A stretch of 62,943 nucleotides of DNA, filler included, from Candidatus Omnitrophota bacterium (GTDB lineage Bacteria; Omnitrophota; Gorgyraeia; Zapsychrales; Zapsychraceae): assembly GCA_015233495.1 (NCBI GenBank). It is 3 parts of 3 records of this genome, joined end to end, with 100 filler letters (N's around TTAATTAATTAA, not from the genome) between each part and the next. Parts side by side here need not be neighbours in the genome. Positions count along the whole stretch, not along the records: positions 25,491 to 50,046 come from JADFXQ010000024.1; 2 more parts are not named here. One strand, written 5' to 3'. The position numbers and the translations under genes are program-made. Positions 29,501-38,444 of this stretch are shown here, in pieces. The notes below the pieces were generated by a model. That model saw only the letters and a program-made list of their open reading frames with translations, was not told the DNA's origin and ran no database searches. How positions within the stretch are numbered: the first letter of the stretch is position 1; every line of letters starts with the position of its first letter.

Positions 29501-30989
29501 TGTGAATCGTTTCCGACAAGACATTGCCGTCCGGATTAAAGGAATATGTTGTGACATATCCTTTGCGGTCGGTCATAGTTGTCTGGTCCGCCACGCTGTA
29601 ATCAAAATGAAAACTCGCTCCCCCTAAATTTTGCTCCATCACCCGGCCCGCGGAATCGTAAAAATTCTCGACGAAATACTGCAGTTTTGCGTCCTGCATC
29701 TTTTTGACTTTATGATTTTCATAGGTGAATGATTTTGCCACACCGTCGGGGAATTCGGCGGCGGCCGGCTTGGTGACGCTCAACAAGTCATGGGTATTCG
29801 GGTCATAGCTAAATCGTACTGTCCGGTCCTGATTGACAATACTCACGAGCAAGCCGTCAGTGTTATAGTTAAAATGAAGTTCACGCCCAGTCGTATCAGT
29901 GACTTCCAATAGACGATAATCAGACCCGATCTGGATTTTACCCGAGGAGGCCTGACTGAATGGGCTGAACCCATATATCGGTTGTTTTTGTAAATCATAT
30001 GTCAGAGTGATTGTGTTGTTATTGCGGTCGCGGATGGACGCCAATTTCCCGTCGGGATCAAAATGATACGTCTCGCCGTGCGCCAAGGTGAGCGTCCATG
30101 AGCCATCTCCATTTTTATTCAGAGATTCAAACCGGCCGGCCGGCGGCGTATAAGACGAGCCGTTTAAAATGTACTGAGTTTTCTCACCGTTTCCGCCGAC
30201 AATAACCACATTGCCGTTTCGCAGACTGTGCAGCCGCATGTAATAATTCAACATCCACCCGTAACCAAATGGGCCGTTGAATGTTGTCCCGCTTGAGTAA
30301 GCGTGCTGAAGGTCCACGTCGAGCTTGCGGCCCGGGATGTTGATGTCATTGCATTGATACGCGAACTGGCCGCTGTGCATATAAACCGGATCGCCCTGGC
30401 ACATTTTATTATTTCCGTTTTTGTTAAGACTCTCCGGCGCTTTCGGATCGAATGACATGTCCTTCTCGCCCAGTTTTTGATGGCTTGTGTTGATGATGTC
30501 TCCGGTAACAGTTTCGCGCGTGCCGTCGGGATTAACGAACGTTGCAACGATATGCCAATTTTCATTGATCTGTGACTGAACAGCCGCGCTCCTTTGACCG
30601 GCGGTCAGGCAGCCGGCGTACCAATACAACTGGACCCTGCCGGAAGGCGCAGGAACGATCCAGTCTTGCGTTTTGCCCACCGCGTGGACAGATCCGGTCC
30701 AATACCCGACGGGGCTGGTCGGATCATTGTACGGGGCGCCGGGAAGCGAGTATTGTAAAAAAATGCTTCCTTCCGAGTTATATTTGTCAGATTGCAGCGG
30801 GTCGTCGGGAAAACATTGACCGCCAACGGTGACTTCGACTTCCATGGATGAAGCAATGGTTTTGGGATTAATCGTTTGCGCGGCGGCAAAACATGGGAAC
30901 AGCAGTGCGAGGCCAATGAGGAGCGCGCATTGCCGGGTGATCATTTTAAAATGGTATTGGATATTTCGTCTTGGCATTTTTCTATCCAT
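26577..30989 (-). CDS. Rhs/YD-repeat polymorphic toxin with Sec signal peptide, DUF6531-like domain and Tse5-like C-terminal toxin
   Basis: CALLIGLALLFPCFAAA-Q; GDPVYMHSG...GPFGYGW; YD repeats; core FTGREFDPETNLYHYRARAY...RFLQRDPIG...DPYGL; AT-rich tip 26577-27053. Confidence 0.92.
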   Translation of the reverse strand: MDRKMPRRNIQYHFKMITRQCALLIGLALLFPCFAAAQTINPKTIASSMEVEVTVGGQCFPDDPLQSDKYNSEGSIFLQYSLPGAPYNDPTSPVGYWTGSVHAVGKTQDWIVPAPSGRVQLYWYAGCLTAGQRSAAVQSQINENWHIVATFVNPDGTRETVTGDIINTSHQKLGEKDMSFDPKAPESLNKNGNNKMCQGDPVYMHSGQFAYQCNDINIPGRKLDVDLQHAYSSGTTFNGPFGYGWMLNYYMRLHSLRNGNVVIVGGNGEKTQYILNGSSYTPPAGRFESLNKNGDGSWTLTLAHGETYHFDPDGKLASIRDRNNNTITLTYDLQKQPIYGFSPFSQASSGKIQIGSDYRLLEVTDTTGRELHFNYNTDGLLVSIVNQDRTVRFSYDPNTHDLLSVTKPAAAEFPDGVAKSFTYENHKVKKMQDAKLQYFVENFYDSAGRVMEQNLGGASFHFDYSVADQTTMTDRKGYVTTYSFNPDGNVLSETIHTAALRQSDPASFTTSYTYNADSMKTSVTYPKGNGVKFVYDKTNPDDRGRGNLLQIRKKTDMTLADDDINDIVVALTYEPRFNQMKTITDALGRSTNFLYDYELPSGNPKYAASGNVVKITSPTVIKGTPVTEFTYNAYGQVTQKIDANGKVVQYAYDPNTGYLTDIVQDPSGINAVTHMTYDVYGNLDVVTDAENKSTDYDYNALGWLNKVTTGLGFATKYFHDANGNLIRVERQMDPGATQWQVTQMTYDILNHLKTSTDPLARVTTYNYDNNENLASVVDSENHATTYEYDERDKLLKATDANDPPGVTQTDYDANANLKKITDANNHATNYEYDLFDRQAKEIYADASYHEYTFDKNGNLKIHRVPDGKTIEYDYDELNRLTAKRYPSNPGRNAIFDYDLGGRLESADNAAVQIHNTYDNLNRIATTIYSLSSNLYPLAYNYYKNGQLKSLTYPSSKLVEQTYDNDNRLDLVKAGGTTIADYNYDPLNRLSSVAYPQISTEQNYLYDPANQLLLLTNQFSTGGEISSYAYPTHDKVGNRTRMDVTRGTFPAETINYSYNNIYELKTVTGAQNHAFDYDNVGNRLTADGVNYTSNALNQYLTVNSSTFGYDTNGNLASDGAKTFTYDEENHLISSPSSASTYAFDAFGRRLSKTVNGTTTYFIYNGDDIIEERNATGELLRDYVHGPGVDEVLTMSTTQPTATYYYFRDGLGSTSEILNGNGNLAESYDYASYGNTNIYNSSHILQSSSSISNPYMFTGREFDPETNLYHYRARAYDLTIGRFLQRDPIGTVDDVNLYRYVRNRPTMLVDPYGLYSTEEFLQDTSNFSAGVGDSLSFGLTKGIRQSMGSDAVVQSNSGLYTAGVVSSFAFGAGRLAYSGTAKVASVFYGTTPTLSNAMKAVELRNQLKIVFSLNPFRTTGIYSFEQVLSKYKGSADAIIQASGRTNLYINALGLDAFLGSLMNSSNYGCKSK

Positions 30990-33900
30990 TAATACAAAAT
31001 CCTGATATTCCCCACTCTCACGCTGACCGAACCTGAAGCGCCATTGGCTTCGACCCGTACACGGTAATCGCCTTGTTCCGCGATCGTGTTACCGTCGGAA
31101 TTTTTCCCGTCCCAGTCCAGATGGTACGTCCCCGCAGACTTCGCCGCGTTCTCTTCCAGCGTACGGATGTTTGAATTGCCGTCGGGCGATAAAATCTTCA
31201 CGGTCACATTGGCATTTCCACTGATGCTGTACGTTATCCGCGTGACTTCATTGTATAAAGGCCGGATGACATATGGATCCGTGGTTAAGTTTGGAATATC
31301 GAGTAACGTGTTTTTCTTAATGACAATGCAGTTTTCAGGAAGTTTTTCCGCTCTGGCATTGACCGTTACCGGGGTCGGGGAAACAACGATATTTCCAGCA
31401 GCGTCGCGGCCGTCCCAATCATCGACATTGCCGGTTGTATTTCGGGGTTGTTGGGTTATAAAGTTATTCGACAGATATGCCAACGAAACCAAGGCCGGGG
31501 ATTCCAAATCATATCTCACTTCCAACCGCTCGCCTTTGACTGGTGAGAACGAACCGCTCGGCGTCAACGTCACATTGGAAACCCCAACATCCGTTCGCGC
31601 AAAATGATTTTGATCATAATGCCCTTCACTCCCTTCGGCATTATTCCCGTCGATGGTAAAGGCATAAACACCGGGCGGCAGGTCAGCGCCGGCCTCGTTT
31701 TTGCCGTTCCACTCCGCAGTGTTCGCCCCGGGCAATCGTCCCGGAGAATGGATTGTCTTGACGAGATTGGTATTTGAAAATGCCGCGGTGTCAAATTCAT
31801 AAATCTTAAGCGTGATATCCGCGTTTTTATCGATCGTGTAATGAATTTGCGTTGACTCGGAGGTAGGGTCGAAAAATTGAGATGTCGCGAAAACGTTGGA
31901 GAAAATGATCACATGAGCTGGATCGTTTTGCAGGAAATCCCCGTAATCGACCAGCGCCAATGACGCGTTGTCTTTTTTGTCCCAAATCACAGCGTCGATG
32001 CCAGTGGGAATGTTTGTCCCCCACCAATTCTTTTGCGCGTTGATCGTGTATCCCGAGGCATTTGTCCCGTAACTGTCAGTGTAAATAGCGTATTGTGTGT
32101 TCCCGAAAATAGAATTGTTATTGATCGTCGGATGACATCCGGTGTAGATATTACATCCGGCGAAAATCCCGCGCACATTTTCGGTGATGGAATTGTTCGC
32201 AATATTTGGTCCGGTTCCTGGCTCAAAATAAATTCCATAATAATTATGCGAGAAAACGCTGTTTGTAATCTGCGCCGGGTTGGACGATGAAGAAGGGACA
32301 TAAAGGCCGTTGGTGGAATACTCGACGACAACATGGTCGAAAACACTCGCGGCTTTTCTCACCGTAATATATTTCCAATCATTGGCGGCTGGCGCGGGTT
32401 TATTGGACGTAAAAACAATCGGACTTTGGGCTGTTCCCTGGGCGAGAATAACGCCTTGCCCGTCGATCAAATAGCTGCCGTTGAATTTTATAATCACACC
32501 CGGCTCAATGGTGAGTATCACACCGTTATTGACGGTGATATCGCCGGTAACGAGATATGGAGAGTGGCTGAGTGTCCACGTTGTATTGGACGATATGACT
32601 CCGCTGACTTCGGTGAAGGCGTTTAGAGTTGTCGCGCTTTTCTCGTCGGATTTGGGGCTTTCGCCGCCGGCATTGACTGCGCTGACCGCGAAATAATACG
32701 CGGTTCCGGCATCCAGACCCGTGACGGTGTATGTCGTCAAATTAACGACGTCGATAGGCGCTCCATAAACGCCGGGCGCTGTGCCGTAATAAATTCGGTA
32801 CGACGTGGCCCCGCTGACGGCATCCCAATTCAACTCAACTTGATTCGCGCCGCCCAGCGCGGAATTCAACGTTGGCGTCGTCGGGGGCGGCGGCAATAAT
32901 GTTGTGGCGTTTTTCTCGACCGATCGGGCGCCTTCGCCGCTCGCGTTATTCGCGGATACAACAAAATAATAAGTGGTCGCGGCATCCAAACCCGTGACCG
33001 TGTAAGTCTTGACGTTCCCCACGTTGACTGGGTGACCGTAAATTCCCGACGCTGTTCCATAATAAATGTTGTAAGACGTGGCCGTGCTGATAGCGCCCCA
33101 ACTCACTTTGACTTGTTTATCTCCCGTAACGAGTGTGATCGTAGGCGCGCTGGGCGCGGTCAGGGCCGACAATTCGCCTGACTTTGGCCCTTCCCCGCCG
33201 GGATTCGCGCCAGATATCGCAAAATAATAGGTCTTGCCCGCGCTTAATCCGGTCAGTGTATACGTGGTCACATTGCCGGCAGTTTTCGGTGTTCCGTACG
33301 TTCCCGGCGCTGTTCCGTAGTAAATCTTATACGACGTGGCGTCGGTAATGCCTTCCCAATTCAATGTCACTTGTTTAATCCCGCCGGTCACGGAACTTAA
33401 CGTCGGCGAGCCCGTCGGCGGATTGGGGAATGTCGTCACATTTTTTTCAGCGGTTTTTTTGCCTTCGCCTGAATCATTGACGGCGGACATGGTCACATAA
33501 TAGACAGAGGCAGCGTCAAGGCCGGTGATGGTATAAGTTGTGCCGCTGACATTGACGGCTGGACCATAAATTCCCGAAGCTGTACCGTAATAAACATTGT
33601 AGGACGTCGCTGTAGTCACTGCGCCCCAACTGACTTTGATTTGCTTATTCCCTCCGACGAGACTGATAGACGGCGCGCTGGGCGCGGTCAAGGCCGACAG
33701 TTCGACTGACTTTGGTCCTTCCCCGCCGAGATTGGTTCCGGAAATCGCAAAATAATAAGTTTTCCCAGCGCTCAATCCCGTAATCGTATATGACGTGACA
33801 TTGCCGGCATTCTTCGGCGTTCCATAAGTCCCGGGCGCTGTGCCGTAATAAATTTTGTACGATGTCGCGCCCGCGGTAGAGTTCCAGTTCAAAACGGCTT

Positions 33901-34600
33901 GACTGGTTCCGCCAGCCGCGCTATTAAATTCCGGCGCTGTCGGCGGGTTTGGATAAGTTACTGCGCTTTTCTCGACGGATTTTGGCCCTTCGCCCGAGGC
34001 ATTATTCGCGGATAAAATAACATAATACGTTGTCGCCGCGTCTAACCCGGTCAGTATATAACTCGTGGCATCCGTCACATCGACGGGAGTGCCATAAACG
34101 CCAGCCGACGTTCCATAATAGACTCTGTACGCAGCCGCGCCAGTTACTGCCGTCCAACTGATTTTGATTTGTTTGTTCCCGGGAGTGAGGCTGAATGGCG
34201 GTGAGGCGGGGACGGTAAGCGCCGTAACCTCAGTCGATTTTTCTCCTTCTATACCGGCGTTCACCGCGGAGACGGCAATATAATAAATTTTACCAGCGCT
34301 TAACCCGGTCAATGTATACGACGTGACATTGCCGGCATTCCTTGGCGTGCCATAAATACCGGTCGCTGTCCCATAATAAATTTTATACGACGTCGCGCCC
34401 GCGACTGCGCCCCAATTCAAAACAACTTGCTTGTTTCCGCCGGTCGCACTGATCAGAACTGGAGCTAACGGCGCGTCAGCTTCGGCTGAAGAGATTGTCA
34501 GATTGATTTTTTGTATAGGGAATAATACGGTGGGCGAAAAAAGGAAAAGAAAACCGGCAAAGAAAAGACAGCATTTACAAAAACGTCGACTCAGTTTCAT
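30989..34600 (-). CDS. Secreted protein with 7 FN3 repeats, a parallel beta-helix and FlgD-Ig-like domains (putative adhesin)
   Basis: Hydrophobic leader; seven W...GATSYKIYYGT...YYFAxSAxN units; SPYLVTGDITV...LTIEPG; WNGKN/WDGRD/WDGKN; TAATG coupling to Rhs; start taken at MKLSRR. Confidence 0.88.
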   Translation of the reverse strand: MKLSRRFCKCCLFFAGFLFLFSPTVLFPIQKINLTISSAEADAPLAPVLISATGGNKQVVLNWGAVAGATSYKIYYGTATGIYGTPRNAGNVTSYTLTGLSAGKIYYIAVSAVNAGIEGEKSTEVTALTVPASPPFSLTPGNKQIKISWTAVTGAAAYRVYYGTSAGVYGTPVDVTDATSYILTGLDAATTYYVILSANNASGEGPKSVEKSAVTYPNPPTAPEFNSAAGGTSQAVLNWNSTAGATSYKIYYGTAPGTYGTPKNAGNVTSYTITGLSAGKTYYFAISGTNLGGEGPKSVELSALTAPSAPSISLVGGNKQIKVSWGAVTTATSYNVYYGTASGIYGPAVNVSGTTYTITGLDAASVYYVTMSAVNDSGEGKKTAEKNVTTFPNPPTGSPTLSSVTGGIKQVTLNWEGITDATSYKIYYGTAPGTYGTPKTAGNVTTYTLTGLSAGKTYYFAISGANPGGEGPKSGELSALTAPSAPTITLVTGDKQVKVSWGAISTATSYNIYYGTASGIYGHPVNVGNVKTYTVTGLDAATTYYFVVSANNASGEGARSVEKNATTLLPPPPTTPTLNSALGGANQVELNWDAVSGATSYRIYYGTAPGVYGAPIDVVNLTTYTVTGLDAGTAYYFAVSAVNAGGESPKSDEKSATTLNAFTEVSGVISSNTTWTLSHSPYLVTGDITVNNGVILTIEPGVIIKFNGSYLIDGQGVILAQGTAQSPIVFTSNKPAPAANDWKYITVRKAASVFDHVVVEYSTNGLYVPSSSSNPAQITNSVFSHNYYGIYFEPGTGPNIANNSITENVRGIFAGCNIYTGCHPTINNNSIFGNTQYAIYTDSYGTNASGYTINAQKNWWGTNIPTGIDAVIWDKKDNASLALVDYGDFLQNDPAHVIIFSNVFATSQFFDPTSESTQIHYTIDKNADITLKIYEFDTAAFSNTNLVKTIHSPGRLPGANTAEWNGKNEAGADLPPGVYAFTIDGNNAEGSEGHYDQNHFARTDVGVSNVTLTPSGSFSPVKGERLEVRYDLESPALVSLAYLSNNFITQQPRNTTGNVDDWDGRDAAGNIVVSPTPVTVNARAEKLPENCIVIKKNTLLDIPNLTTDPYVIRPLYNEVTRITYSISGNANVTVKILSPDGNSNIRTLEENAAKSAGTYHLDWDGKNSDGNTIAEQGDYRVRVEANGASGSVSVRVGNIRILY

Positions 34601-34765
34601 AAGGACCGGTGATTTGAGTGGCAATTTTTAGAGCGTTCGCTCGACAATTTTACCTTGAGAATAAAAGGTGTCTTGCCTGGCGTAATCAAGCATAACATAT
34701 TTTTAGCAAAAAGCAAATTTATTGTTTTTATAACAAAATTAATTTTCGCCAGTAGTTCATAATAG

Positions 34766-34794
34766 ATTTTCCAAAGATGTTTTAAAAGTGTCAA
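34766..34794 (-). promoter_or_regulatory. Candidate sigma70 promoter for the adhesin-Rhs operon
   Basis: TTGACA (34794-34789), 17-nt spacer, GAAAAT (34771-34766). Confidence 0.4.
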
Positions 34795-34824
34795 CTACCA
34801 CCGCCTCCGGCGGTGGTAGTTGAC
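34790..34824. repeat. Perfect hairpin with 16-bp arms, resembling IS200/IS605-type end palindromes
   Basis: GTCAACTACCACCGCC-TCC-GGCGGTGGTAGTTGAC, 1 bp after the gspD stop. Confidence 0.8.
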
Positions 34825-34825
34825 T

Positions 34826-36376
34826 TTACGGCGGGAATGGTAAGCCTAATTCTTCCGGCTCGTCGACATTTTTTTTGTCAATGTCGCCGGTGATAATCGT
34901 GGGTTTGATGAAGATGGCGATTTCGGTTTTGTTCACCGAATCGCTGTCACTCCGGAATGCCCTTCCCAATAACGGAATTTTCCCTAAAACAGGGACTGAC
35001 TTTTCGGTGCGGCTTTTCTCGTCTTTGATCAGCCCGCCGAGAATGATGGTGACGCCGTCTTTGACCATGACTTTTGTTTCCGCTTCCGACGCTTCGACAA
35101 TCGGGATCGTATTGTTGGTGCTGGTCGTGATGGAGTTGGCCGCCGTGCTCACTTCCGGCCGGATCTTCATCGTGATGAATCCATCGTTATGGATCGTGGG
35201 CGTGACATAAAGTTTGACGCCGACATCAATAAAATTTACGGTTTCGGAAGATGTGACCGGGCCGGAAGACGGGGTTGTCGTTGTCGTGCTGACGTAAGGC
35301 TCCGTCGATCCGACTAAAATTTTCGCTTCCTCGTTGTTTAACGCTGTTATGCGCGGGCTGGAAAGGATCTTTGTGGAGACCATGGAGTTCAATGCCTCAA
35401 TAACGGCTTGAAAATCATCGTCGGATAAGGTGCCCACCGAGACCTTCCCTCGTTTGTCTGTATCGCTCAATACGGATAAACTCGTCTTAAAAGTTAATTT
35501 TTGGAATTTGTTGACCACCGCTTCCCAGTCGACGCCCATTTTATGTGCATCATCCAAAGTGATTTGGACAATTTTTGCTTGGATCAGCACTTCTTTATGC
35601 TGTATGTCAAAGGCGCGGATAAGATCCTGGACTTGTTTTAAAACTCTTGCCGTGTCCGTGACAATTATCCGGTTTGACCGATCATCGGATTTCATCATGC
35701 CTAACGACGGAGTTAATAACGGAGTGATCTCCGTCGATATATCTTTCGCTTTCGCATAACTCAAATCAAAAACCTGTGTCTGGGTCAAGACATCTAACCG
35801 CTTGATAATCGCGTCGATCTCCGGGAATTTGTCGGGCGAATCTATGATGACCAACGTGTTTGATTTTTCATCCGCCAAAACTTTTCCCGACGGGCTTTTG
35901 ACTTGATTGAGAAGCGTTGAAATGCTGGTGGTGTTCCCGAAATGAAGTTCATAGATCCGCGTGGTGAACGGTTTCCCAAATTTTTGTCCGAACCGGTCTT
36001 CATATTCTTGCGAAGTCATGACCTTGATGATGTCCCCTTCTTCCACAAAAGCCCAGCTATACGCGTCGACAATGACCCGCAACGCGTCCAAGACCGTGAT
36101 ATTTTTTAAATAAATTGTGATCCGGCCTTTGACATTTTGCGACGCGGCAATATTCCGGTTCACTTTCTGAGAAATGATTTTTAGGACATCCGTGATCTCG
36201 ATTTGATTAAAATCAAGGACGTCCATCAGAGGCGATGCGGCGGGTGAGACATCCTCCGTTCCGGACGACAAGGTGACCGGAGCATCCTCGGAAGCGGCGT
36301 TCTGGGTCCACCCGAGGAGAATCCCGGCGGAGATCACAATCAATGATGGGATGATTTTTAAAATTTTGTTGACCAT
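34826..36376 (-). CDS. gspD: Secretin, GspD family
   Basis: N-domains, EVLIQAKIV, ILSSPRITALNNEEAKILVG, DGVTIILGGLI, VPVLGKIPLLGRAF, IFIKPTII. Confidence 0.92.
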   Translation of the reverse strand: MVNKILKIIPSLIVISAGILLGWTQNAASEDAPVTLSSGTEDVSPAASPLMDVLDFNQIEITDVLKIISQKVNRNIAASQNVKGRITIYLKNITVLDALRVIVDAYSWAFVEEGDIIKVMTSQEYEDRFGQKFGKPFTTRIYELHFGNTTSISTLLNQVKSPSGKVLADEKSNTLVIIDSPDKFPEIDAIIKRLDVLTQTQVFDLSYAKAKDISTEITPLLTPSLGMMKSDDRSNRIIVTDTARVLKQVQDLIRAFDIQHKEVLIQAKIVQITLDDAHKMGVDWEAVVNKFQKLTFKTSLSVLSDTDKRGKVSVGTLSDDDFQAVIEALNSMVSTKILSSPRITALNNEEAKILVGSTEPYVSTTTTTPSSGPVTSSETVNFIDVGVKLYVTPTIHNDGFITMKIRPEVSTAANSITTSTNNTIPIVEASEAETKVMVKDGVTIILGGLIKDEKSRTEKSVPVLGKIPLLGRAFRSDSDSVNKTEIAIFIKPTIITGDIDKKNVDEPEELGLPFPP

Positions 36377-36471
36377 AAAATATTCAAACGGTTATTTCAC
36401 TTTTCTTTATATCATTTTACATAAAATTTATTCAGCATCGTCGAAAAAAATATTAAAGTTGTATCCCTTCC

Positions 36472-37068
36472 CTACCGGATGAGCTCCACATCCTGGTCCC
36501 CGTCACGAAACACGGCTCGGTTTTCTTGGATGTTTTTGAGCTCTGCGTCGCCCAGTTTTTGGCCAATTGACAAGATGATCGTCTGGTGACTTTGCAGGTC
36601 TTCAATGATCGCCGTCGGATTCTTGTCCAGGATAATCCCGCCGAGCCGGTATCTCGTAGAAAGGGCCGGCTTTGGTTGGGCCGGGGCCTGGTCTTCTTTT
36701 TTCTGCTCGGATGCGGCGGTAAAAATGTCTCTCGCTTGAATGACGTTTCGATAATCTGACTTGGTCGTTAGCCCGAGGACATCCGTTGGCTGGTTTTTTT
36801 TATCAGGCAGCTGATTTTGAAATGAAATATCAGCAAGTGACAATTGGGCATTTTTTCCGGTTTGATATTTCCCAATGAAAACCACAAATAAGCAAACAGC
36901 GACAACAGTTAAAAATCGATTCGCCAATGTCCAAAAATTCACAATATCCGCCGGCTTATCGGCCGATGTCAATTCAATGTTGGCTTTTGGGCCACCAGAT
37001 CGACCCGGTGGAGATTTTTTCCGGATCAAATTCAAAAGCTTTTCTTCCGACGAGAGATTTGGCGACAT
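36472..37068 (-). CDS. GspC/PilP-like protein
   Basis: Single TM, RDIF, YRLGGII...PTAIIED...GQKLGDAELKNI; position before the secretin. Confidence 0.7.
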   Translation of the reverse strand: MSPNLSSEEKLLNLIRKKSPPGRSGGPKANIELTSADKPADIVNFWTLANRFLTVVAVCLFVVFIGKYQTGKNAQLSLADISFQNQLPDKKNQPTDVLGLTTKSDYRNVIQARDIFTAASEQKKEDQAPAQPKPALSTRYRLGGIILDKNPTAIIEDLQSHQTIILSIGQKLGDAELKNIQENRAVFRDGDQDVELIR

Positions 37069-37895
37069 TATAAATCCCAAGTTTTATCTTGTTGGATGAC
37101 GTCGTTGATGATTTCCCCGGAAATAGAACGGCCTTCGTTCATGATTAATAATTCCAGCGCATTGTGACAAACCCGGGCGATCTGACGCGGATAACCTTTT
37201 GTATACTGATAAATTGTTTTGACGGCGTCGGAGGTAAACAAACTTGCCGGAGCGGTGTATCCGGCTTTCCTTAAACGGAACTCGATCATTTGGCCGGTCT
37301 CATATTCGTCAAAAGGTTTTAACATGTATTTCAGCGTTATCCGGTCGAGAAAATTTTTAATCGGCTCAATCTTCGGCATCAACTCCAACTGCGCGAAGAT
37401 GATCAATTGAAGTAATTTTTGGTCGTTCGTCTCATAGTTCAATAAAGTCCTTAAAATTTCCAAATGTTCTTTTTTTAATTTTTGCCCTTCATCAATGACC
37501 AACACGACGGTTTTTTTCTCGTCGACGCATTTTTTAAAAAGGTATTTTTCAATAGCGTCACGGTAATCGATGGTGGACCGGAAAAACGGGGATATCCCGA
37601 AGATTTTTGTTAAGTGAGCGTAAAAAAGATTTTCTGATTTGAACGAGGGATCGAGGATGATATGAAAAATAAAATCGTCGCTGTCTCCTTCAAAAGCTTG
37701 GATCAATGTCCGGCAGAGAGTTGTCTTCCCCGTACCCACGTCGCCTAAAACCAAACTTAAACCGCGTTTTAACCGGACGGCTATTTCCAAATGGTTTAAC
37801 GCCGAAATATGTTTGGCGGATTTGTAAAAAAACGCGGGGTCCGGATTGGTTGAAAAAGGCTCTTGCTCTAAACGCAGTGACGCTAAATAGTTCAT
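37068..37895 (-). CDS. ExeA/GspA-family AAA ATPase, T2SS-associated
   Basis: EPFSTNPDPAFFY, GDVGTGKTT, VIDEGQ, GYPRQI. Confidence 0.9.
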   Translation of the reverse strand: MNYLASLRLEQEPFSTNPDPAFFYKSAKHISALNHLEIAVRLKRGLSLVLGDVGTGKTTLCRTLIQAFEGDSDDFIFHIILDPSFKSENLFYAHLTKIFGISPFFRSTIDYRDAIEKYLFKKCVDEKKTVVLVIDEGQKLKKEHLEILRTLLNYETNDQKLLQLIIFAQLELMPKIEPIKNFLDRITLKYMLKPFDEYETGQMIEFRLRKAGYTAPASLFTSDAVKTIYQYTKGYPRQIARVCHNALELLIMNEGRSISGEIINDVIQQDKTWDL

Positions 37896-38437
37896 ATTTT
37901 CTTTTTGGAGAGGATAAAAATTTTTGATAGCGTTAAATTAATCCGCAATTCAGGCGCGTCCATCCCGGCTTGTTTGGCAACATCCAGTTCATCGACGGAG
38001 AAATAATACGGTTTTCCCTGCAAGGCATCGATAAATTCCATAAATTTGCCCAGGGTTGACGTGCATGTTAAAGTCACGGCAAACACGTTGAACCGGTCTT
38101 GTTGTTTTACTGGTTTTGGTTTGAGCTCGGAGATATGTAAATCAACGGCCGTTGCCGCTTTCTCAATCCCCGAGATGATCATTGATCCGGCTTCTTCGTC
38201 CGTACCCGTTTGCCGCAGAATGTCGCGATAATATTTTTCCTTGGCGTTAACCGTTTCGGCTTGTTGAATCATGCGGCGGTTTTTTTCCAGTGTCTTTCGG
38301 GCGTCCAATATTTGCCGGTCTAAATTTTTTGCATTATTCATGAAAGGTTTGATCGCGCCGTTTAAAACGAGATACGCCGAAGCAACCCCTAGGCATACAA
38401 CAAAAATAATCTGTTCACGGTTGGATAGCGTACGCAT
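37892..38437 (-). CDS. GspM/PilO-like protein
   Basis: LSNREQ, TM, coiled coil, ferredoxin-like C-domain; gene order. Confidence 0.75.
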   Translation of the reverse strand: MRTLSNREQIIFVVCLGVASAYLVLNGAIKPFMNNAKNLDRQILDARKTLEKNRRMIQQAETVNAKEKYYRDILRQTGTDEEAGSMIISGIEKAATAVDLHISELKPKPVKQQDRFNVFAVTLTCTSTLGKFMEFIDALQGKPYYFSVDELDVAKQAGMDAPELRINLTLSKIFILSKKKI

Positions 38438-38444
38438 GAATTTG

